Below are positions 23,919 to 36,700 of a DNA stretch of 64,000 nt, piece by piece. Below the pieces are notes generated by a model. It did no database searches. It saw only the letters and a program-made list of their open reading frames with translations, and had not been told where the DNA came from. Position 1 is the first letter of the stretch. Every line of letters begins with the position of its first letter. The translations under genes were made by a program, and so were the position numbers. Origin of the DNA: Botryllus schlosseri (lineage: Eukaryota); contig CM119371.1 in assembly GCA_051294905.1 (NCBI GenBank), positions 31,622,001-31,686,000 of the forward strand, read 5' to 3'.

Positions 23919-26900
23919 ACAAATAATTCCAGTACACCTAACTATAGGATACATTTAGTAAACATCGTGCAAATTGTTTCTTTGTGATGGTAACGACTTT
24001 CGGCGGCTTAATTTCATGTCGGGAATTATTATTTGAGGGTTCAAAAACAATTTCAATCAATACTAGAAATGAACAACAATGCAAAACACGTTTAGCAAAT
24101 AACAGTGTAGCAAGTACTTTTTTGATATTACGAGTGTTGGATACTAGACACTTCTAGTTGAATTGGATGCATCTAACAAACATATCACAATTTACTTTTA
24201 CAATAATCAAAGTCTTAGAGTGTATAACCTCGCGATATTTTACATTTAGCACGCACAATGGTGAGTTACTGAAATGATTAAGAATTGATCGCTAGCTTCG
24301 AACGGTACTCGATACTCAAAGTGATATTTTCACACTCTGTAAAGTGCATATGTTTCAATTCTCTGTCGCAAATTCCGACAGTAACGACATTGATGTTAAA
24401 TCCTCACCCGTGGTTATTGTAAGTGAATCCTAAACATCGCAACAGTCGGTATGGAAATCGAACGCGTGCGTACTTTTAGATAGGTGACACTAACAAGTTT
24501 AATACACCCGTGAAATACTCTGAAACGTCGATTCGTGATTGTGTTAGCTATATTCATCTTCCATATCTGTGGACACAAAGATATCTTGACTTTGGTTACA
24601 ACTCACTCGAAACGAATTGTCGCGGGTAATCTAGAAAAGCACAAGTCGAAGACGAATGATTTGATTTCAATAAACTAAAAAAAAAATTCCTTTTGTTTTG
24701 ATGTTGGATTTAATACAATTTGTATGACTATACCGAATTCGAATCCGAAAGTGCAATGTTACTTTAGTAGAAAAATTGGATGACTCGCATTTTGATATTG
24801 ATAGATGTGTAGAGTAATATGACTAGTTTATAAAATCTCGGTAATGTTTTTTTTCGTCATGTCTGTGATCAACAAATATGTGATCAAGTCTTACCATTCG
24901 ATATTAACTTTCGCAGTCGGTGTAATTTGTTGAAGTAACAATACCGACGAGTTCAATAATATTCCCCATCGATGCATTCGAATAATCCGTCAGCTGCAAG
25001 CGGATTTAAAACTTGATGGTGTTTCGCGGTTAACTCAAGTCAGTGGTCGTGTTTGTGTTGATTTCAGGAATGATCATGACGAGTTGCCTGGGCAGATTAG
25101 TTAATGTGGTTGTAACTACGACCGTACAGAGTTGCTGACACCCCAATATCTTTTACGCTGTAATATACGGATTTATTTGTGTTAAAAATAATTCTCAGTT
25201 ATTGTTCAGACATTCAAATCTCGTATACTCAAAATATAATATGTCCAAGTCAAATCGTATATGCACCGATTAGTAAATACTTTGTCTTCAGAATAGTAAC
25301 AACCTTTACAATTGAATAAAAAGATAGAGCATATGAATACAACCAGGATGAATTAATTCAAATTTGTGAGTTGTAATGATATAATCAAGTAAGTGAAACT
25401 AGAGTTTTAACAATTGTTAATGTTGTGAATAATTCGTTTGAGTTTGAAATGTGGTTGGATCAAAGTTGATAGTCATGTTTTTCAGACCTATTTCAATTCA
25501 CGCAATGTCAAAGTCCAAATATTTCATTCTGGATTATTTGGATTTACCTTTAGTACATCCCGCGAATGGATTTAAAGTTGGCAAATTACCAAAATGATTG
25601 AATATTATCGGGTTAGAGATAGTTGGTATTGATTCTATAAGTGTTAAAACAGCGGCGTGGAATGTGTGAATGATCCGATGCGGGTGAATGTTGGCGTCAG
25701 TAATATTCAGGTTACGTTCGATTCAACAGATCGCGTTAATAGGATTTGTCAAAGGATTTGAGTTGGGTCGAATCAATACATTCAAATACGATTCAACTTG
25801 ATTTGTGTAGTGAGTTACACTTCAAGTTGACAAACTAACACATTGATTGAATATTTTCATGGATCTTATCACGCAACTAAAGTCAGCCACTATTCGAGAG
25901 GCGTGAAACATATAGCGATCGCGGGCAAGTGACAAATTGTTGGTTTTGAATCACCGTCTGCGACGGTTCTGTGACAAACTAATTACCGAAATATTACCTT
26001 GTGAGCGGGCATGAGGGATTGTTATGTCTGCAGCATTATCCGGTGAGTGGTCGTTGGATTTTAAAATTATATCACAACCTTTTGAATAAGCGTTCACTTC
26101 ACAAAGGATTAGGGTTAGAGCGGAAATAAGTGACAATTTGTCGCTATTCAAGTTACCGACACTGGCGGTCTGTTATTCGTTACTTATTAAATCTTACCAG
26201 CGAAATCAAGTTCTGCGACAAACTGATTACTAAAATTTCGCCGCGTGAGCGAGCCAACACGAGTTTCCAATACGACATGCGAGAGATACCTATACTTGAA
26301 AGTACGACGTGCGAGCGCACCCATAAGAACACATGGCGAATCACCACCACAGCCTATACCTGTAACGTTATCATGTCGTCGCGTCCATAAGAATAACGAT
26401 ATATCATCGTCGTCCAAAATATTACTTATGCGTAATTCCTACCTTTGCAACACCAAACCACGAGAGATGACTATTCTGATGTGTTATCTTGTGAGTGGTC
26501 GTAGGATTTTTACAAATATTTCACACCTTTTTAGAGTGTTAGTATGCGAACGCGGTTATTGTCGATATTCGACTCGCCGTCTACGCCGGCTCTGCAGTAA
26601 ACTAATTACCAAAATATTACCTTGGAAGTGATTCCTAGATTTAGCAAACTATTTCGCACTGACTGGCCTAGTGTAATAACCGATAGTAGCACGCGGTTGG
26701 CCGTGAAACAATTCCGCACGCAGGTCATTCGAAATATAGGTCGCACGCACTGCGTAAATCCTCTTGCAAGCCACGTTTCCGTTTGTGCGGATATTGTTGG
26801 TGACTATTCAACACCACGCGAGAGATGGTTGAAAGTGCGCATCACGACCGCACCCATAAGAACACATGGCGAATCAGTAGAAACCGTGTAATAATACACG

Positions 26901-27381
26901 ACAGCCACATCATCACCGCGGCCTATATCCACAACGTTAGTTCACTACGACACAAGAATCCGTGGGCACATCATCACCGCAGCCTATATCCACAACGTTA
27001 GTTCACTACGACACAAGAATCCGTGGGCACATCATCACCGCAGCCTATATCCACAACGTTAGTTCACTACGACACAAGAATCCGTAGGCACATCATCGCC
27101 GCAGCCTATACCAGAAAGGGTACCATCATCACCACATAGGTACCTCACCGCCGAGAGGGGTTGTAAAAGGGTGCCATCACCACCACGAGTTTTCGCGGCA
27201 CCTCACCACCGCAGCCTATACCCGAAAGGGTGCCATCATCACCGCATCCATAAGAACACATGGCACCTCACCACCGAGAGGGGGTGTAAAAGGGTGCCAT
27301 CACCACCACGAGTTTTCGCGGCACCTCACCGCCGCACCCATAAGAACCAATGGCGAATCACGACCGATCATACTAACTACT
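20574..27381 (-). repeat. Right arm of the giant inverted repeat (6,808 bp)
   Basis: Reverse complement of 13425-20232. Confidence 0.98.
21424..22204. repeat. Mirror copy of the 41-42-bp minisatellite
   Basis: Unit approx tttccaagtgaaaaaggtttgttacccagagaaaaaatata. Confidence 0.95.
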
Positions 27382-28470
27382 ATCGGGAAATATCAATCAG
27401 AACCCGGGAGAAAAAATCGTGTCACACGGTGTTATTATTAATTTTAAGAGATGTAGATGGAGTCGAAGTTGGACTCAGGAGCATTTCCACAAACTCCGAA
27501 CCCGACTTGAGCCGATATTTTATCCTCGACACCGACTCCAAGGCGTGCTAAAACTTATTTGAGACTCCGACTTCATTGAGGGTAAAACGAGGGAGACTCC
27601 GACTCCACAGCCTCCAAAACTGGAGTAGTATAAAATATGCATATTTGCACATTTCAAGTCATAATATGGGCTCCGCGAATGCTACACATCGGCTAATATT
27701 CTCGATATGGAATCGATTAACAAGGATACTTTATTTTGCTCCGCCCGAATTATCACACGCATTATTGAAACTCGCCTTATCTTAGGCAGTTACTCTCATC
27801 TTCGCCGTTTGGACAATCCAATCTGTAACAGTAGCATTGGCATATGTGAATAATAAAACATATTGACTTACAAAGCAGAGTAGGTGCGAATGTTTTGATT
27901 TTAGTGAACACTAATATTGAATGACAAATTCAGAGATATATGCATACATGTGATACAGGATAAGACTCGCAACATCGGCTTCCATCGCAATTTGGAAGTT
28001 GTATCTAGCAATGCATGCATTCACCAAATGATGCAATTAGCCTGTTTTTGTTGTTGTTGTTGTTGATTGTTATGTTTAGTAATCACTTGCCTTTTATACT
28101 GAGGTAGTAAGTAGCGTAATTAAAAGCGATAGCATTCGTTCATGATTGTTGCCGGAATCAATTGGAAATATTTTTATAGTTAGATACATTATCAAACTTT
28201 AGTCACGTAAGGCCTACTTGATTCATGTGTGTGTAACCTTTGGTTAACTGTATGACTTCCGTATACCACATCAATAGAAAGCCAGGCTGATTAGTAAATG
28301 AATATGTTCGCGAGGTGACCTACCTGTGATCGCACACCCTTGATGAGTCTATCAATTTCCTAGCTCCGTTCGTCCCGACAGGGCACTCGATTGTAGGCAA
28401 GTGCGTCTTTGTTGCATCTTCGTGTGAATTCTAGTTAGCAAAATTATAACAATTCAAAAATGGTACTCAC

Positions 28471-28640
28471 TCTGAACAATATTTTGACAAAGTTCTGGCC
28501 GAACGCCGGAAGAGCAGAGGCACTCATCGGTGAGGTCTCTGCAGTCGAATACTCCGTCACAAAACTTTGCAATTGGGAACACCATGAATGCATCGACCAG
28601 ACATTGGAAACATTTGCTGTTCACACGATCTACTGACAAG
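28471..28640 (-). CDS. LDLa-repeat exon (paralog of ~45160-45348)
   Basis: KCFQCLVDAFMVFPIAKFCDGVFDCRDLTDECLCS, followed by donor GTGAGT. The 5' boundary is approximate. Confidence 0.75.
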
Positions 28641-28965
28641 AGGTCGGGATTGTAAAGACATTTATTATGTCAAGACAACATATACTTACTATTTGCGTTC
28701 GCGGAACAAGTGCACTCATCAATGTCTAAAAGATAAAAAATAATAATAAGTTATACATGGGGATTTGAAACATACTTTCTGACATACATGTAAGAAGTAT
28801 GTCGCCTTCGAGTCATAAATACTTGGATGAACAGTGAATACCTTATCATGTGGATTCTATTATTAATACTTTGAGTTTCGAATATAAGCCCCATATATTT
28901 GAAGCTTCCAGGATGTGTAACATCTCGATTCATCACATCTCCAATGATGCTACAGTATGCCTCAC

Positions 28966-29190
28966 CGTCGTCACAAAACGAAAATCCATCACATATATGT
29001 GAGTCAGGTATCATGCACTGTTTCATATTCTGCCCGAATTATTTGTCCTTTCCGGTTGCTGGAATTCGTCGCTCCCGTCTCTGAACCACAGATTGTGAAC
29101 GTAGTTTTGAATGAGTATATGTGATGCTATACTCAGGTGGAATTCCGTATATACAAATGTTGTAGTTTGAACTGCTATGTAGAATATATG
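28966..29190 (-). pseudogene. Frameshifted LDLa-like exon (paralog of 45960-46200)
   Basis: RDGSDEFQQPERTNNSGRI* and then, in a shifted frame, QCMIPDSHICDGFSFCDD with donor GTGAG. Net 13-bp deletion relative to the paralog. Confidence 0.7.
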
Positions 29191-29201
29191 GACGTTACAT
29201 A

Positions 29202-31157
29202 GGGGAGATGTGGTACCGATGGATCAAAAATTGGAAAATGATCGCTGGCCCTAAAATGTTCAGCCGAAAACAGCAGGTCTTTTGCTGGCTCAGCACTTTG
29301 ATACAAGCTCTACCTATCGCGCACATATACATGAATATCCGTCTTTCCAAAAAATATATATGGACGTTCAAAATTTGTTGCTCGAACGTGTCATCGGTCC
29401 CCACCCGATGGGTCCAATGGCACACAACCCGGGGACCTATGGCACATATACCCTAAATACCTTAGATGTGACAACTTTTCTTGCTTAGTATTATAATCTA
29501 AGCTACAGTAAGCCAAAAAAAATGTTTGATCGCAACTGTCAAGAAATAGAATAAATATTAACTCAAATGTTGTCATAAAATCACGTTTCGATTTAGGCTC
29601 GGACTTATAAATTTGAGGGCACATACATATTGCCCGAAAATCGACAGTGTGACTTCCAGACACCTCATTATAGCGATAAAACATCATATGCAATTATTAC
29701 ATAAAGATTTTCGGTACGTAGGCATGTTTCATTTGTTTTATGATTAGTATGCTTGATTATTTTGCTTGATTTGGCTATTGTATCATCGGTCCCCACCCTA
29801 CGAATTTTATACATGAATCGAAAAAAAAATCCACTCAAGGAAAGTACTGATAAAAATAATAGGTGCCATTATATAGCCTGATACAAGCTAGGGATGGTGT
29901 GAACCTCTTAAAGGTTCAGGTTCGTGTGAACGTGAACCTTTTTGAAAGGTTCTGTGTGAACGCGAACGTGAACCTCGTGAAGTCACGTGACGTAATATTG
30001 CTAATTCCAACCCTCTCTTTCAATGAAGTGATAGCCAATATTAATGTACAGTTGAACAGGATACCTAGCGACGACTCGGGTCACATAATGCAACAATGCT
30101 GATGCGTTTTAAACGTCGCTAAATGTATCAACTGGGGCAATCAATTGATATATTACTCCCATAAAATCAATATCTTCCGTCGATTTGCCAACGATTTCGA
30201 CAAGGACTTATCAGGGAATATGCACTTACCCCTTAACGGTTTAGGCCAGACCGTGCAATGTATTCGGCGTCTGGGTATTGCTACATTGATATTGAGCAGA
30301 GTGTATAATGGGTTTCTATACTTGCTACCGATATCACCCCATTAAGAAGTTATACAGCAGTAGTCAACCCCTCAATCGCACGGATTTGGTTTTAATGATG
30401 TAGTAAAGATATTGAGTCATGATTGACCCCGTACGCCTTCTCGAATTTTTTCATCAGAAAACGATATCAATCTTATTGATTGGTTGAATAAGCATCATTC
30501 GCTGACTACGTATTTCGCTCGTGATGTTTTGTGATTGCGGGTCAAGCTCACAGCAGAGAGTCACTAAATATTCACAAACGGAAAGCTGTATATTTCGAGC
30601 AAACTTTTGTAACAAAGCAAGTAAAACTTTTGAGATTGTCAAGGTGCATGCTCGTTTAGTGTTGATTTTTAATGCTGCCAGCGCCATGCATAGAGTGGCC
30701 CGCAGTTGAAATGCAATAAATTTGAACCAAAGATGTTATAATGTTATAATTGTAATATATGAAAAAGGTTCACAGTGCAGAACCTACCAAGGTTCTGTTG
30801 TTAACGCGAACCTCTAAATTTCCGAGGTTCACACACAGAACGCGAACGTGAACCTCACGTTCACACCATCCCTAATACAAGCCTTGTACTTCACAATAAA
30901 AATGATTGCTGGTTTGTTCGTGTAGAAGGTTACAAAGAAAAATATATATGTCGATATAAATTTACTTTACACCCCCCAAAACAGAAAACATCTGTGAGAG
31001 ACCCCATAGCTCGCGTACGTCGAATTTTTTTGTATGTGAGGAAAGATTTTGCCAGCAAGCAATTGTGGACAAGTTCACGGAGTGTAATCATAGAATTATC
31101 ATAGAGAATTTTCAAAGTATTTTCGGTCCCAGTGATCCATCGGTACCACATCTCCCC
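29202..31157. mobile_element. Non-autonomous TIR DNA transposon (TA-flanked, superfamily uncertain), copy 1, with a nested hAT
   Basis: TIR GGGGAGATGTGGTACCGATGGATC. Removing the nested insert and its TSD leaves 962 bp, equal to copy 2 at 58816-59777. Confidence 0.9.
29889..30874. mobile_element. Non-autonomous hAT (Ac-like TAGGGATG ends) nested in the element above
   Basis: TIR TAGGGATGGTGTGAAC. Perfect TSD ATACAAGC (29881-29888, 30875-30882). Empty site near 59495-59502. Confidence 0.92.
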
Positions 31158-31474
31158 TACTATTTTAGGCGGCTTTATGAGTATCTGCATTTCATTCGAC
31201 AGCATATGCTACAGGAATTTCAGACAATACGTCAACACTTTCCACCCATAGCAAAGTAGCCATTCGTGTATAGAATAAAGACACTTATGCGAGATGATTG
31301 GCAAATGATTGTTTCGCTTAATAAGCCATATGCCGGTGACTGGCAACCAATGGCACGTTAGCCAATTGCGGCACTCAAGATAATATTTTCATAAAACGTC
31401 AAATTATTTGTAGCATTCGCAAGTGGTGAGCGGCTTATACAGCATCCCAGCGTTTTTAAAGCATCTGTTACAAA

Positions 31475-33557
31475 CAGTGGCGGCTCGTGACAATATCGTG
31501 TGGTGGGGCAAGGGGTGTACGCGATTTTATTTGTCTAAATGACGTCACAATAGTGTATTGCGACGTGAAAATGTGACTTCGTGATGGTCACACACAATTT
31601 GTATGGGGTATAGACATTAGGCATGGCATGCCATGGGCATGGTTAACAAAGATTACGCATTTCAAATTATTCGAGAGAAAACATGAAGTACAGTAGTTCA
31701 CACCTGCACATTTTAACGTTTGTATCAGTAGGCCTATTGCGCGCGGCGTGATTTCATAGTTGAAAAATGTTCAACGACGAGTTCATTGAAATCTGGAATA
31801 CCCAGAATGAGAGCGTAAGAATCGTGAGCACATCTAACGCATCGAGCCTAATCACTGCAGCAAAGTTGATAAAAAGCGATTTTTCATAGGAATTTTACAA
31901 GTTCACTAGTGGTTACTACTACGGAAAAAGGTGTATTGGAATATAAACCAGTCAAATCGAGTTGAGCAATGTTGACCATCGGGTAATATCGAGACACCGT
32001 TTGCAGTTCAGATCACGTTACCCAACTTCGGTCGCACTAGAGACACTGTCCCCTGGCACCAGCAGTGTAAAGGTGTATTTGTATAGCAAGGCGTCCTTAT
32101 CCTCGCTTATACGTCAGCCTTTCATTTTTTATCGAAGTACGTTGGGAAAAGGGTAAGAGTGCGCTTTCCTTCCGTGTACGGTTAGATCAATGGATAATTT
32201 CCAGGCTGATAAGGGCCGAGTCTTGTGTAAAAACACCGAATTTAGCGTAAAATATATTAAGGTATAGACTGATCAAGCGATCAGCTGTTAGCCGTCATCG
32301 TAAACGAACTATAGCTAACGCGCTTGACATAGGGATGTCAGCAAATGGCTTGAAGGCCACAATTTCACGGTAAAATTGACATTGGAGAATATAAAATAAA
32401 GTAAAGATTTGAATGCAAACCGCGAATCTTAGTAACCTCATTTATGAGATCATCATCTCTTCACCTATCTCAGTATGAAACACAGTTCAAATTAGCACAG
32501 ACCAACACAGGCTTTTGCGTGAAATCCGCAATGCGGTAGTTAGCATTAGGCCATGTCTCAGATCAGCACCCATCTCTACGATACTTGACCTCGATAACGA
32601 AATTAGTGTCCAAATCATTGAGTGTCAACCTCGAGACTTGGCACAACGTTTGATACTGAAATCAAGACATACCGTCCAAAAGCTCAAGACCGATCTAGGT
32701 ATGGAGCATCGTTAAAATCGATAGAGACCAATACCGGTTTTGCGTAAAATCTGTTAGTGATGAATGGCGAGTCAGCTCTCACTCGACTCAGGAGACGAAA
32801 TTACCACTCACATAGTTCCGTGATAAACTTAAAACTTGGTACGGCGTTCGATACTAACACTATGACTAACTATGCCAAATGTCATGACCGATCTGGGCAT
32901 GAAACATCGTCAAAATCAATGGAGACCAATACCCGCTTTTAAGTAAAATCTGTTTGCGATACATGACGGATTAGCACACTGTCAACGTTGGAAACAAAAT
33001 TACTGCCCTACACTTTAATTAGCAACCCTGAAACTTGGAGCGGTGTTAAATACCACCTTCACGACATAACATACCAAGTTTCAAGAATTATCAATGTGTG
33101 AAACATCGCAAAAATCGTCCAATACCAGCTAAGGTCGACTCAACGCGTGTGCCGGTAACCGAGTTGAGATATAGATGCGATTGTTACATCACACCTTAGG
33201 GGCAACCAGGTAAGTTGCCCTACTTGCTCAGTAATTTTATGAATAGGAGAGAGTAAATCACCGTTTCTTTATTGTGCGCGGATTTTAGAGAATAGACAGT
33301 GAGAGCTTGTTATGAGCGCTACCGGGGCAAGCCCCGGCTAGGCATTCACAAAGCGAAAACACAGAAGAGAATTCGATTTTCGCATAGACTGCGCTAGGTA
33401 TGGGCATTTACAAGCGAAAGCACAAGAAGAATGCGGGTTTCGCTGTGATATCGGTATATATTGGTTGCTGTGCGTCTATAAATGGTAAATGATTGTTATT
33501 GAACAGCATTTTAGGTGGGGCAATGCCCCAGTTGCCCTATAGGACGAGCCGCCACTG
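31475..33557 (-). mobile_element. Deleted hAT (Tip100-like) element with a transposase C-terminal relic
   Basis: TIR CAGTGGCGGCTCGT. Perfect TSD GTTACAAA. Minus-strand RLDALDVLTI / IPDFNELVVEHFSTMKSRRAQ near 31735-31850. Confidence 0.88.
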
Positions 33558-33706
33558 GTTACAAACCAATGCTCAATTTAACCCGAAATTCATCAGCCCG
33601 TTCCTATTTTGGGTGGAATTAGGTAAATATTGGATAAATATAAACTAGTAATTTCAAATGTAATCAAAGTTATCGCCGTTATCGCCAGCCAAATCCTATC
33701 ACATAC

Positions 33707-33797
33707 TCGCAATCAGCTATTCCATCACAGTACTGGCTTTGCGGAAGACACATCTTCCCGTCGGCACAAGGAAATTCGTTCACCCAACAAGAGAAGT
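33707..33797 (-). CDS. 91-nt LDLa exon
   Basis: AG|..FSCWVNEFPCADGKMCLPQSQYCDGIADC..|GTATGT. Confidence 0.8.
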
Positions 33798-34552
33798 CTT
33801 TTCGAAACGAACCGAAACATGAACATGAAAATACGATCATCATCCAGCTCGTCGAAATCGAAAAATTGACGGACATGATTTGTTGAAGATAAAGATAATA
33901 ATAAAATTGTTCTCGTTCGCGCTTTCAATTCATTGGTGACCAAATGGTTTATGAAGAAGCTCCATTGATTTATTAGTTACTTGCTACCATTCATTCGAAT
34001 ATTTACAATGCTCGATTTTTAACTCCAGAGCTTACGCTATCGCTCGTGGATTTTACTGTCTTATCCCGGAGTTTTTACATCGGGAATACTGATATTCTTA
34101 TTCAATTGCATGAGGTGAAGCTATGTATAAAAAAGTGGAGTATCGAATCGCATATCCAGTGTGCAACGTTCTGCGCGTAGAATTCAGGGTCAGAGAAATA
34201 TGATTCCCACGCGGAAATAGTAATAGAATGCAACCTGAATCATACAGATATCTTAGAACCTGGTTCAATTCAATAATTGATTCTTGCTGATGGTGCAGTG
34301 AGATGGCAACTTTTGTTGGCGTGATAATAGTAAATAAAATTAAACATACCAAATAAACTGTCTGGCATCAGGATACATGGGTTCTACAGTGTATTCATTG
34401 GGAAAGGTGTAATTTGGTAACAAATTAATTCCATGCTCACCATTTCTACTTGGAACCCGATTTCATGTGCGGACTAGACACTTGCACGGGATATACAGAC
34501 AGGAAAAGAGGAGTGGATGCAGAATAGTTGATGCGTTTTGATCGCCTTAGGG

Positions 34553-36190
34553 CAGGGGTGGGCAAACTACGGCCCGCGGGCCGCATGCGGCCCGCGACAC
34601 CGTTTTGTGCGGCCCGCGAAAGCCTTAAGAATCGTATTTAAAATATTGAAAAAATGCGCAGTAAAGATCTAATTTCTGCATGGATTCCATTAAACTTTTT
34701 CTCATTATATTTCACCACGATAATTATAAGTTATGTTCTGGTTACTATATTTTTGTTTTATTGCTGGTGCGATAATAGCCCGACCTCAAGGCCCGTGCAT
34801 TTGAAAAGATTTCAATTGCTAACCATTACAGAAAGTCAAAATATGATTGACTTTCGAATCGCGAGTGTAATTTTACATTGTTGCTGTACTTGGAAAAATC
34901 GATTCGCGCGTGTGGTAGATTGATTCATTCTCTATATGTGCAGAAGTATTTATATTGATAAAATCTATATATAGCATATTTGAAGCTAACATGGTTATAA
35001 CGCAGTCAGCATTGTGTGTCCTGGGGTTGAGCCAAAAGTAGAATCAGCAAATATATAAACATATCTTTGCTCACAGATTCAAATCTCCATCCTGTTTTAA
35101 GAATTTGGACAACCGACTTTCATCCATAGTTTTGAAAATTGGTTATATTGTCGGGTTACCATATTTTGGAAATCTGAACAGAGGACACTTTTTCAAAATT
35201 TTCAGACTTAAAATACTGGAGTAACATCCGGAAAAATTGGTAAATTTTTTCCGACTTTCTAGATGGTTTGACTGAAAAATATAAAATAGAACAGATTTCC
35301 GTCTCAACTCCCGATATAGGCTACCCGTCGGAACGTTACTTGAGTACTGATTTTCTTTATCTCAGCGGAAATTTAACCTATATTTAACCAAAATTTTCAA
35401 AACAGAGGTCATTTGGCCGTCCTCCGAGGACATTTTCAAAAAAGTCAAAAAAGACGACAAATCCTCTTAAAAGAGGACGTGGCAACCCTATTATATTGAG
35501 GTTGACCAGCAGCTTATGAAAGCTCGCCAATGTTTCTGACGCGTGTACCATATCCTCAAATCAATGGTTGGTTGGTTTTAAATAAAAATTCATATAATTT
35601 CCATATCCTCACTATATAATCACCAGTGTTGCGTTTTGGTTTATAATCTCAATTTTGTATAGTGCGGCAGAAGAATGGATTTAGATGTTGAATGCTCGGT
35701 CAACGACTGTTTTTCTTTACAAAATGGTTACTGATGAGGTCGATCCACTTATATATTAGCCTATATATGGCAGGGGTTCTCAAACTTAGGGGCGTGAAAG
35801 CATCTGGAAGGAGGCGCAAAGTCGTAGTAAACGGAAATTTTTTTCGCGATTTGCCACCATTTCATGGTTTTGCTCTGGATATGTCCATATTTCATATTTG
35901 ATAATGCTCTCGTCTACAGCCATAACCTTCAATGACATCAAACTATGCGTTGGGATTGCTAGCATTCTGATTTCTCTCTTAGATATTTTGTGATATCAGA
36001 ACAAAGGGGGCGCGGAATTTTTCACTATCATAAAGGGGAACGTGTCTACTAGTTTAAGAAGCACTGCTATATGATTAAATTACAACATTGCCATTTGGCC
36101 CATAATCTCAATTTTTTTAATGCAGTGCGGCCCGCCAATGGATTTAGATGTTGAATGCGGCCCGCGAGCCCAAAAGTTTGCCCACCCCTG
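34553..36190. mobile_element. Non-autonomous hAT (Charlie/Buster-like) with two nested MITEs (35151-35490 and 35771-36066)
   Basis: TIR CAGGGGTGGGCAAAC, perfect TSD CCTTAGGG. The nested 35151-35490 element has perfect TSD TTATATTG. Confidence 0.92.
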
Positions 36191-36644
36191 CCTTAGGGCA
36201 ACTTCTATTAGATTCAGAAAGTTCTGGAGATTCTGACGTGAGTAAGTGAGTTGGAATGAATATTACACTCTGCTGAATTAGAAGATCAAGATCGAAGAAC
36301 CCTACTGTCGATGCAGCCTGGTTGGAATGCGTCGTTCCCCAACTTACAATCTTTCCCTCAGTCACTCACCCGCAAATTATGTTTTCCCGGTTATACTTAT
36401 GCGATGGAATCGCGATAAGAGGAGTGAGCTATCATTTTTTTAGTAGGAAGTTACTTAACTGCGGAAGAAAGGTATCTGTCGATTCATCACATGACTGTTT
36501 AAATCAACGAAAGTGTTTACGCAGTTTCATAATAGTTTATTAGCATTGAAGTGCATTAAATATATTCACACGACACCGCCAGGTCTTATGACATCTCGAT
36601 GAATATTCTGCAATCCCCCCTCAACTTTAGAGGCTGAAATGTGA

Positions 36645-36700
36645 GCAATCTTTCTCGTCCGCTCCATTGTAGCAGTCCTGAATGAAAGTATATGGTCTCA
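36645..36700 (-). pseudogene. LDLa C-terminal motif fragment in a degenerate region
   Basis: Minus-strand FIQDCYNGADEKDCSH. Similar text occurs at window positions 1-50. Confidence 0.5.

Larger units (their letters stand above)
13425..27381. mobile_element. Non-autonomous Polinton/Maverick-like element that is a 14-kb palindrome (6.8-kb inverted arms, 341-bp spacer)
   Basis: Termini 5'-AGTAGTTAGTATGATC...GATCATACTAACTACT-3'. Perfect 6-bp TSD ATCGGG (13419-13424, 27382-27387). ORF-track entries mirror each other (coordinate sums 40804-40806). The flanks rejoin into a continuous Chapaev3 end. Confidence 0.85.
11492..27431 (+). mobile_element. Chapaev3-type DNA transposon relic (11492-13424 plus 27388-27431), interrupted by the Polinton-like palindrome
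   Basis: CAC...GTG ends flanked by TTA on both sides (11489-11491, 27432-27434). The left end cacaatgtaacatttttttgttcccagg resembles the reverse complement of the right end. A transposase relic lies inside. Confidence 0.75.

Noticed and set aside
13425..27381. Palindrome as a sequencing or assembly fold-back artifact
   Set aside because: The outer ends carry a perfect 6-bp TSD, the flanks rejoin into one Chapaev3 end, and the arms differ at several sites. Read-level confirmation is still needed.
13348..27551. Short ORF-track entries inside the arms as real proteins
   Set aside because: All are 130 aa or less and have no clear domains. They are duplicated only because the DNA is mirrored.
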